From NCBI GenBank assembly GCA_017614315.1, contig JAGACA010000018.1, positions 11,944 to 75,943 of the forward strand: 64,000 nt of DNA, written 5' to 3'. The notes beneath the pieces were generated by a model that saw only the letters and a program-made list of their open reading frames with translations, had not been told where the DNA came from and ran no database searches. Numbering within the stretch: position 1 is the stretch's first letter; the number at the start of each line of letters is the position of its first letter. Both the position numbers and the translations under genes were made by a program. Positions 31,265 to 40,211 of the stretch are shown here, in pieces. The DNA comes from Clostridia bacterium. GTDB taxonomy: Bacteria > Bacillota > Clostridia > Christensenellales > CAG-138.

Positions 31265-31881
31265 GCGTATACCTCCTCGATCTTCTCGACGGCGCCCTTC
31301 GAAATGACGAGGGTGTCATGCTTTAAGATCTCGTAAGTGTTGAGAGCGCCTACGAAGCTGATCTCGACGCCCTCGATGTTCCTGGCGGACTTGACGACGT
31401 TCTCGTTGTTGTCCTCAAGAACGATGAGGGGCTTTACGGCGTTGAGAGCGGCAAGGCTCTTCGCCATATCGCGGGTCTTGATCTCGTCCATCTCGATGGA
31501 GTCGACGACGACGATCTTCTCGTCGGCGGCCTTGGAGGAGAGAGCGGATACAAGCGCGACCCTCTTGAGCTTCTTGTTGAGGGACATACGGTAGCTGCGG
31601 GGCTTCGGAGCGAAGACCACGCCGCCGTGGGTCCACTGCGGGCTCCTGGTCGAACCCTGACGGGCGCGGCCGGTGCCCTTCTGACGCCAGGGCTTCTTGC
31701 CGCCGCCGGAGACCTCGGCCCTCGTCTTGGCGCTCTGGGTGCCCTGACGCTGGTTGGCAAGGTACGCGACTACATAGGAGTGCATTGCGGAGGCATTGAT
31801 CTCGGCGCCGAATACGGTCTCGGCAAGATCGACGGTACCGATGTTCTCGCCCTTCATGTTGTATAACTTTACGTTAGGCAT
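31261..31881 (-). CDS. rplD: 50S ribosomal protein L4
   Basis: ...[39 protein letters not shown]. Confidence 0.95.
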   Translation of the reverse strand: MPNVKLYNMKGENIGTVDLAETVFGAEINASAMHSYVVAYLANQRQGTQSAKTRAEVSGGGKKPWRQKGTGRARQGSTRSPQWTHGGVVFAPKPRSYRMSLNKKLKRVALVSALSSKAADEKIVVVDSIEMDEIKTRDMAKSLAALNAVKPLIVLEDNNENVVKSARNIEGVEISFVGALNTYEILKHDTLVISKGAVEKIEEVYA

Positions 31882-31896
31882 GTTCTTTTACCTCCA

Positions 31897-32523
31897 TTAC
31901 TTAATGGTGCTCTTTACGAGTACCAGACCGCCGTTGGCGCCGGGGATGGCGCCCTTGATGAGGAGGAGGTTCCTCTCCGCATCGGAGCGGACGATCTCAA
32001 GGTTCTGAACGGTGATGGTCTCGCGGCCCATGTGGCCGGGGAGACGCTTGGTCTTGAAGACCTCGCCGGGATAGGTGCAGGCGCCCATGGAGCCGGCAAC
32101 GCGGTAGGAGTGGGAACCGTGGGTCTTACGGCCGCGGCTCTGATTCCAGCGCTTGATGTTGCCCTCGTAGCCCTTGCCCTTCGAAGTGCCGGTCACGTCA
32201 ACGTGCTCGCCCTTTTCGAAGACGTCGGCTTTTACGACGCTGCCGACCTGATACTGGCTGCAGTCGTCAAGGCGGAATTCCTTGACATAGCGGTGAGCTT
32301 CAACGCCGGCCTTCCTGAGATGACCCATTTCGGGCTTGGTGATGAGCTTTTCGCGAACGGGCATGAACGCCATCTGCACCGCGTCGTAACCGTCGTGGTC
32401 GACGGTCTTGATCTGAGTGACGGGGCAGGGACCTGCGAGAACGACGGTCACGGGGACCATGGTGCCGTCCTCACGGAAGACCTGAGTCATGCCGATTTTC
32501 TTACCCAATATAGCTTGTTTCAT
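31897..32523 (-). CDS. rplC: 50S ribosomal protein L3
   Basis: ...[15 protein letters not shown]...PVTV....PC.V.Q.KT...DGY. Confidence 0.95.
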   Translation of the reverse strand: MKQAILGKKIGMTQVFREDGTMVPVTVVLAGPCPVTQIKTVDHDGYDAVQMAFMPVREKLITKPEMGHLRKAGVEAHRYVKEFRLDDCSQYQVGSVVKADVFEKGEHVDVTGTSKGKGYEGNIKRWNQSRGRKTHGSHSYRVAGSMGACTYPGEVFKTKRLPGHMGRETITVQNLEIVRSDAERNLLLIKGAIPGANGGLVLVKSTIK

Positions 32524-32537
32524 CGTGACACCTCATT

Positions 32538-32846
32538 TCAGAGCTTGATCTCGATGTCAACGCCGGCGGGAAGATCGAGCTTCATCAGCGCATCGACCGT
32601 TTTGGCGGAGGGCTGGATGATGTCGATCAGACGCTTATGCGTGCGCATCTCGAACTGTTCTCTGGAGTCTTTGTACTTGTGCGTTGCACGGAGGATGGTG
32701 ACGACCTCCTTCTCGGTGGGAAGAGGGATCGGGCCCGAGACCCTGGCGCCGGTGCGCCTTGCCGTGTCAACGATCTTCTCTGCGCTGCGGTCGATGAGCT
32801 CGCACTCGTAGGCCTTCAGCTTAATGCGGATCCTGTTGTTTGCCAT
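32538..32846 (-). CDS. rpsJ: 30S ribosomal protein S10
   Basis: ...IRIKLKAYE...[25 protein letters not shown]. Confidence 0.95.
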   Translation of the reverse strand: MANNRIRIKLKAYECELIDRSAEKIVDTARRTGARVSGPIPLPTEKEVVTILRATHKYKDSREQFEMRTHKRLIDIIQPSAKTVDALMKLDLPAGVDIEIKL

Positions 32847-33400
32847 TTTTTACTCCTTCCAAATTATCACGGTATCGCCGTGCCGTATTATGCGGAGCGT
32901 ATCGTCCGTCTGTATCCATCCTTTACATTTTAATTGAAGCTTTCCGTTTTCGGGGGCTTTCGCTTTCCGGATCGTCCTGAGTGACGGCGGGAATGGATCT
33001 CTCTCATTATCCCGTTCTCTTTTCCTCCGATAAAAGCAATATCGGGGATATGTCTCGCAGGAGCGTCCTTACTTGCCTGGCTTATCGCGGTCTTGCGGCT
33101 CTCGCGCCGCGTCCGCGACGGCCCGCGCGGCTCCCATAGGTCGCTATTCAATTAAATAGGTAGGCACAGTTCGACTTTCGCCGCTCCCGGCAGTACACGC
33201 ACCCGAGCGTTTTCACAGTGAAAACTTATCGGGCGGTTTCCCGCCACGCCCCCAATTGGGGCCATCCCTCAAAAGTTACCCGGTTGGCGACCGGCAATCT
33301 CCCTTGGGACTACCGCTGCTGCATCCGATAGACTTTCTTCCCTTCCCCGCTACACAGGCTGCGGGATCGGGTTGGCATCAAAAGCCGCACATAGCGCAGC
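32847..33400 (-). ncRNA. Unassigned ~550-nt stem-loop-rich transcribed noncoding region (very long rpsJ leader or independent ncRNA)
   Basis: There is no credible ORF. It sits downstream of a near-consensus promoter and after the queT terminator. Many short GC helices can be drawn, including a gaaa (GNRA-type) tetraloop: ggcgg-gaaa-ccgcc, gcccc-aatt-ggggc, gttttca-ctg-tgaaaac, gccgcg...cgcggc, cacgg-cgata-ccgtg. Confidence 0.35.
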
Positions 33401-33406
33401 TTTACC

Positions 33407-33434
33407 ATTATACATGTTTTCTTTTCGATTGCAA
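33407..33434 (-). promoter_or_regulatory. Sigma-A type promoter (TTGCAA, 16 nt spacer, TATAAT) reading toward rpsJ
   Basis: The minus strand reads ttgcaa-tcgaaaagaaaacatg-tataat. Confidence 0.55.
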
Positions 33435-33503
33435 TAGCTTTTTTGGAAAAAGCTCAAATATATTTCTTCGTGTACACGCTTCCGTGCGTTTCGAAGGCCG
33501 AAA

Positions 33504-33530
33504 ACAAAAAAAGCGCCGTTTTCACGGCGC
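33504..33530 (-). terminator. Rho-independent terminator of queT
   Basis: The minus strand reads gcgccg-tgaaaa-cggcgc followed by ttttttt. Confidence 0.8.
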
Positions 33531-33559
33531 AAAAGTGTTCAACGATCGTACCGCGGGGA

Positions 33560-34093
33560 TCATTCCCCGTCCCCGAATACGGATCCCTTTCTCCTGTTCA
33601 GCGCGAACGCGAGGGGTATGCCGAGCGCGCAGGAGGCGATCTCGCCGAGGAACACGTACACTGCGAGGAGCGGTATAGGGATGGGCGATTCGTACACCCA
33701 CGATATCACGAAGGGCAGTATCGCCGTATTCGCGATTATGTTGGGTATGGGCGAGAGGATCATCGCGAGGGTCTCTCTTCCCCGCTTTTTCAGCGTCTTT
33801 GAGATGAAAAAGCACCCGATCGCGCCTATCAGCGTCGCAAGCGAGCCGAAAACGACGTCCCACGGGGCGCAGCCGGTCAGGATGTTCGCGAGCACGCAGC
33901 CGAGCGCGAGCCCAGGAACGGCGGATGACGTGAAGAACGGCAGTACGCACAGCGCTTCCGAGAAGCGGAGCTGAACGTCGAAGCTCAAGAGCCCAACCGC
34001 CTGGGACAGGAGCGTGAGCACAACGTACAGCGCGGCGATCACCGCGGCCACGGCGATCATGAGCGCTCCCCTGTTCTTTTTGTTTGCCTTCAT
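33560..34093 (-). CDS. queT: Queuosine-precursor transporter QueT (ECF-type S component)
   Basis: 177 aa multi-TM protein with the ...LRFSEAL.VLP... motif and a preQ1-type leader upstream. Confidence 0.75.
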   Translation of the reverse strand: MKANKKNRGALMIAVAAVIAALYVVLTLLSQAVGLLSFDVQLRFSEALCVLPFFTSSAVPGLALGCVLANILTGCAPWDVVFGSLATLIGAIGCFFISKTLKKRGRETLAMILSPIPNIIANTAILPFVISWVYESPIPIPLLAVYVFLGEIASCALGIPLAFALNRRKGSVFGDGE

Positions 34094-34102
34094 ATTCTGT
34101 TT

Positions 34103-34165
34103 TTCTCCTTAGTTTTTTTGTTCGGGGAGCGTGTCCCCCGGGTGAGGATGGTTTCGAACTCACCC
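34103..34165 (-). promoter_or_regulatory. preQ1-I-like riboswitch leader
   Basis: The minus strand reads gggtgag-ttcgaaaccatc-ctcaccc-gggggacacgctcccc-gaacaaaaaaactaaggag. The A-rich tail AAAAAACUAAGG overlapping the RBS matches the preQ1-I consensus, and the loop begins UUC. An extra small hairpin separates P1 from the tail. Confidence 0.55.
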
Positions 34166-34173
34166 GCTGATAC

Positions 34174-35133
34174 TTATTCGAACAGCGGCCGCGGCTTCTT
34201 TCTCGGAAGCATTATCCTTATCGCGGAGGGCACGTTCCTTATCCTGACGTCGTGGCCGGACTCGACGAGCTCGCCGTCGAGCATCCAGTTGACCGGATCG
34301 TCGAGTATGAAGCGCACCTCGCTGCACGAATAGATGTGCATGAGCTCGCAGTTGTAGTCGCCGGACGAAAGCGCGCGGGCTACCTTGCCGAGCTCGACGG
34401 CGTTCCTGGGGTAGTTGATCAGCATGACCTCGAAGATACCGTCCGCGAGATCCACGCGCGACCTTTGGTAATTGATGACGCCGACGACGCTGGGGGTGTT
34501 TGAAACGGAGGCAAAGGCGTAATCGTCGGTCATCATCTTATCGCCGATAACGACGGTGGTCCTTATGGGTCGGATATTCGCTATGGAGTTCATGCCGCTT
34601 CCGAGATACGCGAGGAAGCCGAGGGCGTTTTTCGCGTTCTGCGGAGTCGAGTAGCTTATGTCGGTAAAAGCGCCGAAGGATGCAAGGTATGCGTAATGTC
34701 TGCCGTTGAACGAGCCGACGTCTATCGGCGTGGGCACGCCGTCGATCGCGGTCTCGATGAGGCCGTCGGGAGTTTTCGGCAGGCCGAGCGCAGCGGAAAA
34801 ATCGTTGGTGGAGCCCATGGGGATATAGCCGATAACGGGACGAAGCTCCGCTTCGACGGTCATGATGCCCCTTATGACCTCGTTGACAGTGCCGTCGCCG
34901 CCAATGACCACGAGCAGCGCGCATTCCGCGCCGTATTCGTTTGCGAGCCTTGTGGCGTCGCCGCGGCCTGTGGTCGTGAACGCCCATGTCTCGTAGCCCT
35001 TGTTCGAGAGCGCCTCTATGACGGGCGCGATCAGATCGAGCGCCCTTGTGTTTCCGGATCTCGGATTGACGATGAGGAGCGCTTTTTCCCTCGTCGCCCT
35101 GCCGTATTCGGTAGTGATCTCAACGGTCGGCAT
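34174..35133 (-). CDS. Diacylglycerol/lipid kinase family protein (YegS/DagK type)
   Basis: ...ALLIVNPRSGN..., ...VVIGGDGTVNEV... and ...IPMGSTNDFA... motifs. Confidence 0.85.
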   Translation of the reverse strand: MPTVEITTEYGRATREKALLIVNPRSGNTRALDLIAPVIEALSNKGYETWAFTTTGRGDATRLANEYGAECALLVVIGGDGTVNEVIRGIMTVEAELRPVIGYIPMGSTNDFSAALGLPKTPDGLIETAIDGVPTPIDVGSFNGRHYAYLASFGAFTDISYSTPQNAKNALGFLAYLGSGMNSIANIRPIRTTVVIGDKMMTDDYAFASVSNTPSVVGVINYQRSRVDLADGIFEVMLINYPRNAVELGKVARALSSGDYNCELMHIYSCSEVRFILDDPVNWMLDGELVESGHDVRIRNVPSAIRIMLPRKKPRPLFE

Positions 35134-35174
35134 ACTGATCCTTCGCATCCGCGGAATACAGCGGACGCCTGCTT

Positions 35175-35735
35175 TTATTTTTCCTTATATACTTCCTCTT
35201 TGAGGACGCCGATATACGGCAGGTTGCGGTACGCGCCGGCATAATCGAGGCCGTAGCCCACGACGAACTCGTCGGGAACGGCAAAGCCGCAGTAGTCTGG
35301 AGTGATCTCGCACTCGCGGCGGCTGGGCTTGTCGAGCAGGCAGACGATCTTGATCGAGGCGGGATTCCTCGTGCCGAGGAGCCTCGTGAGATTGTTGAGC
35401 GTGTTGCCCGAGTCCATTATGTCCTCGACGACCACGACGTGTCTTCCCTCCACGGGCGCGTCGAGATCCTTCTTGATCTTGACCATGCCGTGGGAGACCA
35501 TCTTGTCGTCATAGCTGGAGATGGCCATGAAGTCCATTTCCATGTAGTCGGTGAAGCACCTTGTGAGATCCGAGAAGAAGTGCACTGCGCCCCTGAGTAT
35601 GCAGACGAAGAGCGGATTCTTTCCCGCGTACTCGCGCGAAAGCTGCTCGCCCATCTCCTTTACGCGGGCGGCGATCTGCTTTTCGCTCAGGAGCACGTAC
35701 TTGATGTCGTTCTCAAGCCCCATCCTGTTTAACAT
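35175..35735 (-). CDS. hpt: Hypoxanthine phosphoribosyltransferase
   Basis: PRPP motif [14 protein letters not shown] and position downstream of tilS. Confidence 0.9.
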   Translation of the reverse strand: MLNRMGLENDIKYVLLSEKQIAARVKEMGEQLSREYAGKNPLFVCILRGAVHFFSDLTRCFTDYMEMDFMAISSYDDKMVSHGMVKIKKDLDAPVEGRHVVVVEDIMDSGNTLNNLTRLLGTRNPASIKIVCLLDKPSRRECEITPDYCGFAVPDEFVVGYGLDYAGAYRNLPYIGVLKEEVYKEK

Positions 35736-35777
35736 ATTCCTTACCTCCGTTCGATAAGCTAAATTAAAGCGCGTGGC

Positions 35778-37172
35778 TTAATCTTTCCTTAAAAATTCCG
35801 TGCGGATCATCCTTTCGGTCGATCCGTCGACGCTGACGAGCGCGCTCGAGGCGAAGCCCGGTATGAACAGCACGTCGCTGCCCGAGGTGATGAGCGGAAG
35901 GGAATCCCTCGTTTCCCTGTCGACCTTGCGGTCGATGAAATAGTCCTTGAGCTTTTTCGTTCCGGGAGCGCCGACGGGCATGAACTTAAGGCCCTCGCTC
36001 CGCGGGCGGATCACGGCGGGAGCGCCGAGCGCGCCGAGCTTATCCGCGTCCATGAAGAGCACGTTCGGATCCTTTCTGAAGCCCTCCGTGCCCTCTGAAA
36101 GCTCCGTTCTGAACGAGCCGAGCGGCGTTTCGATGAGGCCGACCGCGAGAGGGATCTCAAAGTCCGCCTTTTTCCTTGACGGCTTTCCGAACTTGACGAG
36201 CCCGTAGCTCGTCCTGACCTCGATGCCGGGGATCGTCAGCCTTGAGCCCGTCCTGCCGGAAAGCATCTCGAGTATCGCGTCGAGGTGCTTGCGCTCGACG
36301 TCGATAATGGCGTTCCTTTCGGCGAGCTCGAGCCGCAGCACGCGCGTCTTTATGGGGTATGGCAGAGCGTTAAGCTCCTTCCTCAAAAGCCCGCCGTCCT
36401 TCATGAGCGCTTCCCTTGCCCTGCGCGCCTCGTCCATGAGGTATTCCTCGTCCCTCGACAAAAGCTCCGACATGGAGCAAAGCGTCGTGACTATGCCGGG
36501 ATTGATGTTCTTTTCGACGTACGGGAGGAGCTTCAGCCTCACCCTGTTCCTCGAGCCCTCGGGGATGAAGTTCGTTTCGTCCGTGCGGTAGGGCACGCCC
36601 TCGAGCTCGAGGTATCGCTCGATCTCGTCCCTCTTTACGGCAAGGAGCGGCCTTATAATGTCGCCGCGCTTCGGCTTTATTCCGAGGAGCCCCGCGAGCC
36701 CCGAGCCCCTTAAAAGGTGCAGGAGTATGGACTCCGCGTTGTCGTTCATGTGGTGGGCGGTGGCGATGTATTTCGTGTCCGTCTTCGCCCTTATCCTCTC
36801 GAGGAAGTCGTATCTTAAAAGCCTGCCCGCCGTTTCGAGCGAGAGCCCGTTCTCCTTTGCATAGGCGGGAACGTCCGCCGAGTCGGAGTAGAACGGCACG
36901 CCCCACGCTTCTGCAAGACCGCGGCAGAAGGATTCGTCGCCGTCCGCCTCCGCCCCGCGGATCATGTGATTGAAATGCGCCGCGCGGACAGTCCAGCCGT
37001 GCCTTCTCGAAAGCCGCGTGAGTACGTAAAGGAGCGCCGACGAATCCGCGCCGCCGGACAGCCCGACGAGGATCGAGTCGCCGTCCGAAAGAAGCCCGTT
37101 TTCGAGGATGTAGCTTTCGACCCGCTCCTTAAGATCCCGCGCGGCGTCCCGTTCCGAAACAGCGCCGTCCAT
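35778..37172 (-). CDS. tilS: tRNA(Ile)-lysidine synthetase
   Basis: PP-loop VGLSGGADSSAL. 464 aa, in the classic tilS-hpt pairing. Confidence 0.9.
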   Translation of the reverse strand: MDGAVSERDAARDLKERVESYILENGLLSDGDSILVGLSGGADSSALLYVLTRLSRRHGWTVRAAHFNHMIRGAEADGDESFCRGLAEAWGVPFYSDSADVPAYAKENGLSLETAGRLLRYDFLERIRAKTDTKYIATAHHMNDNAESILLHLLRGSGLAGLLGIKPKRGDIIRPLLAVKRDEIERYLELEGVPYRTDETNFIPEGSRNRVRLKLLPYVEKNINPGIVTTLCSMSELLSRDEEYLMDEARRAREALMKDGGLLRKELNALPYPIKTRVLRLELAERNAIIDVERKHLDAILEMLSGRTGSRLTIPGIEVRTSYGLVKFGKPSRKKADFEIPLAVGLIETPLGSFRTELSEGTEGFRKDPNVLFMDADKLGALGAPAVIRPRSEGLKFMPVGAPGTKKLKDYFIDRKVDRETRDSLPLITSGSDVLFIPGFASSALVSVDGSTERMIRTEFLRKD

Positions 37173-37340
37173 GAGCCGTCCTCCTTATGCGTTGATACAG
37201 ATCCGACATGTTACCATTTTATTGATTATACAACACATCCCCGATAATTGCAAGGCGCGCGGGGAAGATAGCGTTTGCTTTTGTCTCCCGGATTTGGTAT
37301 AATAACATTGGAGTAATATGTATCGGAAAGGAGCCTTTGG

Positions 37341-37796
37341 GTGAAAGTCGTCGAGGCGGAGGACAGGTTGGGCGACTGCGTCGCGATAAGGGAAGCGGTA
37401 TTCGTCAAAGAGCAGGGCGTGCCCATGGAGCTCGAGGTCGACGAAATGGACTCCCCCGGCTCTTCGTGCACACATTTTCTCATGCTCGACGGTGAAAAAT
37501 GCGTGGGCACCTTCCGCGGGTATTTCGAGACCGAGGATACCGTCCACCTGCAGAGGTTCTGCATCCTGAAGGAATACCGCGGGCGCGGATACGGCAAAGA
37601 AGCGTTTGAGTTTGCGGAAAAATACTTTTCGGCGCGCGGCGCCGGGAAAATCACCTTCGGAGCGCAGTGCTCCGCGATCGGCTTTTATGAAAGCTGCGGC
37701 TGCAGGGCGGTGTCCGACGTGTTCCTCGACGCGGGGCTCCCGCACAGGACGATGGAAAAAAAGCTTGCCTGCATGGCGCCGGATCTTAAGAAATGA
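37341..37796 (+). CDS. GNAT family N-acetyltransferase
   Basis: 151 aa with motif A ILKEYRGRGYGKEAF. GTG start. Confidence 0.8.
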   Translation: MKVVEAEDRLGDCVAIREAVFVKEQGVPMELEVDEMDSPGSSCTHFLMLDGEKCVGTFRGYFETEDTVHLQRFCILKEYRGRGYGKEAFEFAEKYFSARGAGKITFGAQCSAIGFYESCGCRAVSDVFLDAGLPHRTMEKKLACMAPDLKK

Positions 37797-38764
37797 AGAC
37801 CAATCCATATAAAATCGGAAAAACGAGCCGCTTCGCGATAAGCCCGAGGCTCAAACAGCGTTTCAACAAGCTGCCCACCCTGAAGGGGCCTGAGGGCAAG
37901 TGGTGGAGGCGCGGCCTCATCGCGGTCGGTATAGTGCTGCTCGCGCTGATACTCTATCATTTCTTAAAGCCCGAGACCTCGCTGATGTCCTCGGTCGAGG
38001 TAAGGCGCGTCGAGAGCCGCGGCATGCTCACCGTCGGCGTGAGGTACGACATGCCCGGCTTCTGTGAGAACGGCGAGGGGCTCGAGGCGGAGCTCGCGAT
38101 GCTTTTGGCGAAGAAGCTTCTCCCTGACTCGGACGATCCCTTGAAGCTCGTCGAATGTACGTCCAAGACCGTTTCGACGAAGCTCAAGGACGGCTCGATC
38201 GACGTCGCGATCGCGCTCCAGACCGCGTCGAGCTCATACGCCTGCTCGTATTCCTATTTCACCGACAAGGTGTATCTCGTGACGCTCGATCGCGCCAACA
38301 AGGCCAAGACCCCGCCCGAGATGCGCATAGGCTATATCCCCGAGACCGCGGCGGGCAGCGTGTTCAGTGCGTACGTCCTCCGCGTGACCTCGACGGCGGA
38401 ACGCACGATCGTCGACAAGATTCTCGGCCGTCCCGCGCCGACGCCCGATCCCGCTACGGCGGTGACCGTCGACGCGGTCAAGTACGGCTCGTTCGACGAG
38501 CTGATCGTCGCCCTTAAAAGCGGCCAGATCGACGCCGCGGTCATGGCCGGGGCGTACGTAAGGAAATACTTCGACGCCGAGCCCGAGCTTTCGGGCGTGA
38601 GCGAATACTATATCTGCGACACGGTCATCGGCTCGCTCGATTACTGTATAGTCGCGTCAAAGGACAATCCCGCCTTCGCGAGCATCGCGGATATGCTCAT
38701 TTACAAGCTCAACGAAGACGAAACATTAAAGGAGCTCAGGGTCAAATACGGGCCTTTCCGTTGA
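37793..38764 (+). CDS. Membrane-anchored substrate-binding (SBP family 3-like) domain protein
   Basis: An N-terminal TM helix followed by the ...LTVGVRYDMPGF...G.EAELA..LAKKL....KLVE.TSKT....L.DGSIDVAIA pattern. Confidence 0.6.
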   Translation: MKTNPYKIGKTSRFAISPRLKQRFNKLPTLKGPEGKWWRRGLIAVGIVLLALILYHFLKPETSLMSSVEVRRVESRGMLTVGVRYDMPGFCENGEGLEAELAMLLAKKLLPDSDDPLKLVECTSKTVSTKLKDGSIDVAIALQTASSSYACSYSYFTDKVYLVTLDRANKAKTPPEMRIGYIPETAAGSVFSAYVLRVTSTAERTIVDKILGRPAPTPDPATAVTVDAVKYGSFDELIVALKSGQIDAAVMAGAYVRKYFDAEPELSGVSEYYICDTVIGSLDYCIVASKDNPAFASIADMLIYKLNEDETLKELRVKYGPFR

Positions 38765-39393
38765 TGCCCAAGCGATATAAAAAACGCATGAACAAAACCG
38801 CCGAAAAAAGCATATGCGTATTCGGAGCCTCGTCGAGCAGGATCGGCAGGGTGTACCTTGACGCGGCGTTCGAGACCGGAAGGCTGATCGCTTCGGCCTC
38901 GTTCGGGCTCGTTTTCGGCGCGGGCGATTCGGGCGTGATGGGCGCTGCGGCGCGCGGCGCCGAAAGCGCGGGCGGCAGGATCGTCGGCGTGATCCCTGAA
39001 AAGCTGAACAGGAAGGGCATCTATTTCGAGGGCTGTACCGAGAGGATCGAGACCGCGACGATGCACGAGCGCAAATCGCTCATGGAGGAGCTTTCGTCCG
39101 GCTTCATCGCCCTCGCCGGCGGCTACGGCACTATGGAGGAGTTCATGGAGGTGCTGACGCTGAAGCAGCTGAAATATTTCGACAAGCCCGTGGTGCTCCT
39201 CAACACGAACGGCTATTTCGACCACCTGATCCGCCAGCTCGAGCGCTGCGTCGAGGAGGGCTTTACGAGCGAGGCGCACAGCGCGCTGTATCACGTCGCC
39301 GCTGATCCCATCGACGCGGTGAATTACTGCAAAGACTATAAGGGTATGGATATCAAGGATAAGCTTCCCGGAATGGAAGGAGGTCAAAGATGA
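38761..39393 (+). CDS. LOG family (TIGR00730) nucleotide phosphoribohydrolase
   Basis: ...ICVFGASS..., ...GAGDSGVMGA... and ...AGGYGTMEEF... motifs. Confidence 0.8.
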   Translation: MMPKRYKKRMNKTAEKSICVFGASSSRIGRVYLDAAFETGRLIASASFGLVFGAGDSGVMGAAARGAESAGGRIVGVIPEKLNRKGIYFEGCTERIETATMHERKSLMEELSSGFIALAGGYGTMEEFMEVLTLKQLKYFDKPVVLLNTNGYFDHLIRQLERCVEEGFTSEAHSALYHVAADPIDAVNYCKDYKGMDIKDKLPGMEGGQR

Positions 39394-39776
39394 GCGAACA
39401 GAAAGGCATAATGGTCTGCGTCACCGGTCAGCGCTCCTGCGAAAGGCTGATAATGCACGGGCTGAAGCGTTCGACCGAGGACGGCGAAAAGCGTCCCCTG
39501 TTCATCGTACACTCCGTGCTTAACGGGCAGAGATTCATGAACTCCAGGGACGAGGCGGACGCGATCGATTACCTCTTCACCTGCGCGCAGTACGCCGGAG
39601 CGGAGCTTACGATACTCCGCTGCGACAACGTGGAGCAGTCGCTTGCGGACTTCGCTCACGAGCACGACGTCGGTCTGATCGTACTCGGCGCGCCGGGCGA
39701 GAAGGGCGAACATAACGGCAGATTCGGCAGGAGCCTCAAGGAGCTCCTCCCCGAGATAGAATTCGACGTAAGATGA
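39390..39776 (+). CDS. Universal stress protein-like (KdpD-Usp-like) domain protein
   Basis: 128 aa with the pattern ...IMVCVTGQRSCERLI...LFIVHSV... Confidence 0.5.
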   Translation: MSEQKGIMVCVTGQRSCERLIMHGLKRSTEDGEKRPLFIVHSVLNGQRFMNSRDEADAIDYLFTCAQYAGAELTILRCDNVEQSLADFAHEHDVGLIVLGAPGEKGEHNGRFGRSLKELLPEIEFDVR

Positions 39777-39804
39777 CGGTCGATCCGTCAGGAAAGGAAA
39801 CGAT

Positions 39805-40116
39805 ATGGAAGATATTTTCGACAAGAACGAGGCGCTTCTTAAGATCCGCACGAATTTCGAGAACGAGGGCGATTTCGGCTTCATGAAGACCGAGGAGCTC
39901 GACGCGGCGCTCAAAAAGCTGATAGAGATCGACCACGCGTACATGCTGGATCTCGGCGACGACCCCTACGACGAGGACGTGATCTACGACCGCCTCTACG
40001 CCGCAGCGAACGAAGTCCTGCCACAGTACAAGACATACCTGATGAGGCTCGTCGAGGACTATATGGACTTCATGGAGCAGTACCTCGTCGACGCGGGAAT
40101 AATCGAATGGGAATAA
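39805..40116 (+). CDS. Acidic hypothetical protein whose last residues (IEWE) and 3' flank duplicate the end of guaA
   Basis: 103 aa ORF. See the direct repeat at 40105-40188 versus 41185-41275. Confidence 0.5.
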   Translation: MEDIFDKNEALLKIRTNFENEGDFGFMKTEELDAALKKLIEIDHAYMLDLGDDPYDEDVIYDRLYAAANEVLPQYKTYLMRLVEDYMDFMEQYLVDAGIIEWE

Positions 40117-40188
40117 GCCGCGCCGAGCGCGGCAGCTATGACCGCCTGCAGCGAGGGAAGCGTCTACAGTTTAGAGTTTACAGTTTTA
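40105..40188 (+). repeat. Direct repeat, copy 1 (matches the region after guaA)
   Basis: gaatggga-taa...tatgaccgcctgcagcgagggaag...agtttagagtttacagtttt. The 24-nt core differs at 2 positions from copy 2. Confidence 0.75.
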
Positions 40189-40211
40189 GTAATATTCAAG
40201 GAGGAAACAGC

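Noticed and set aside
32900-33400. Possible RNase P RNA, tmRNA, SRP RNA or a known riboswitch in the rpsJ upstream region
   Set aside because: I looked for GGAAAGUCC with ACAGAA..GGCUUA (RNase P), GGGG…UUCGA…CCACCA (tmRNA), the SRP GGAA motif, the B12 box, and SAM and T-box cores, on both strands. Only weak partial resemblances turned up (gaagaaagtcta and gataagccagg). The region remains unassigned.
37185-37808. 207-aa minus ORF overlapping the GNAT gene
   Set aside because: The + strand ORF has the GNAT acetyl-CoA motif. The minus frame is featureless.
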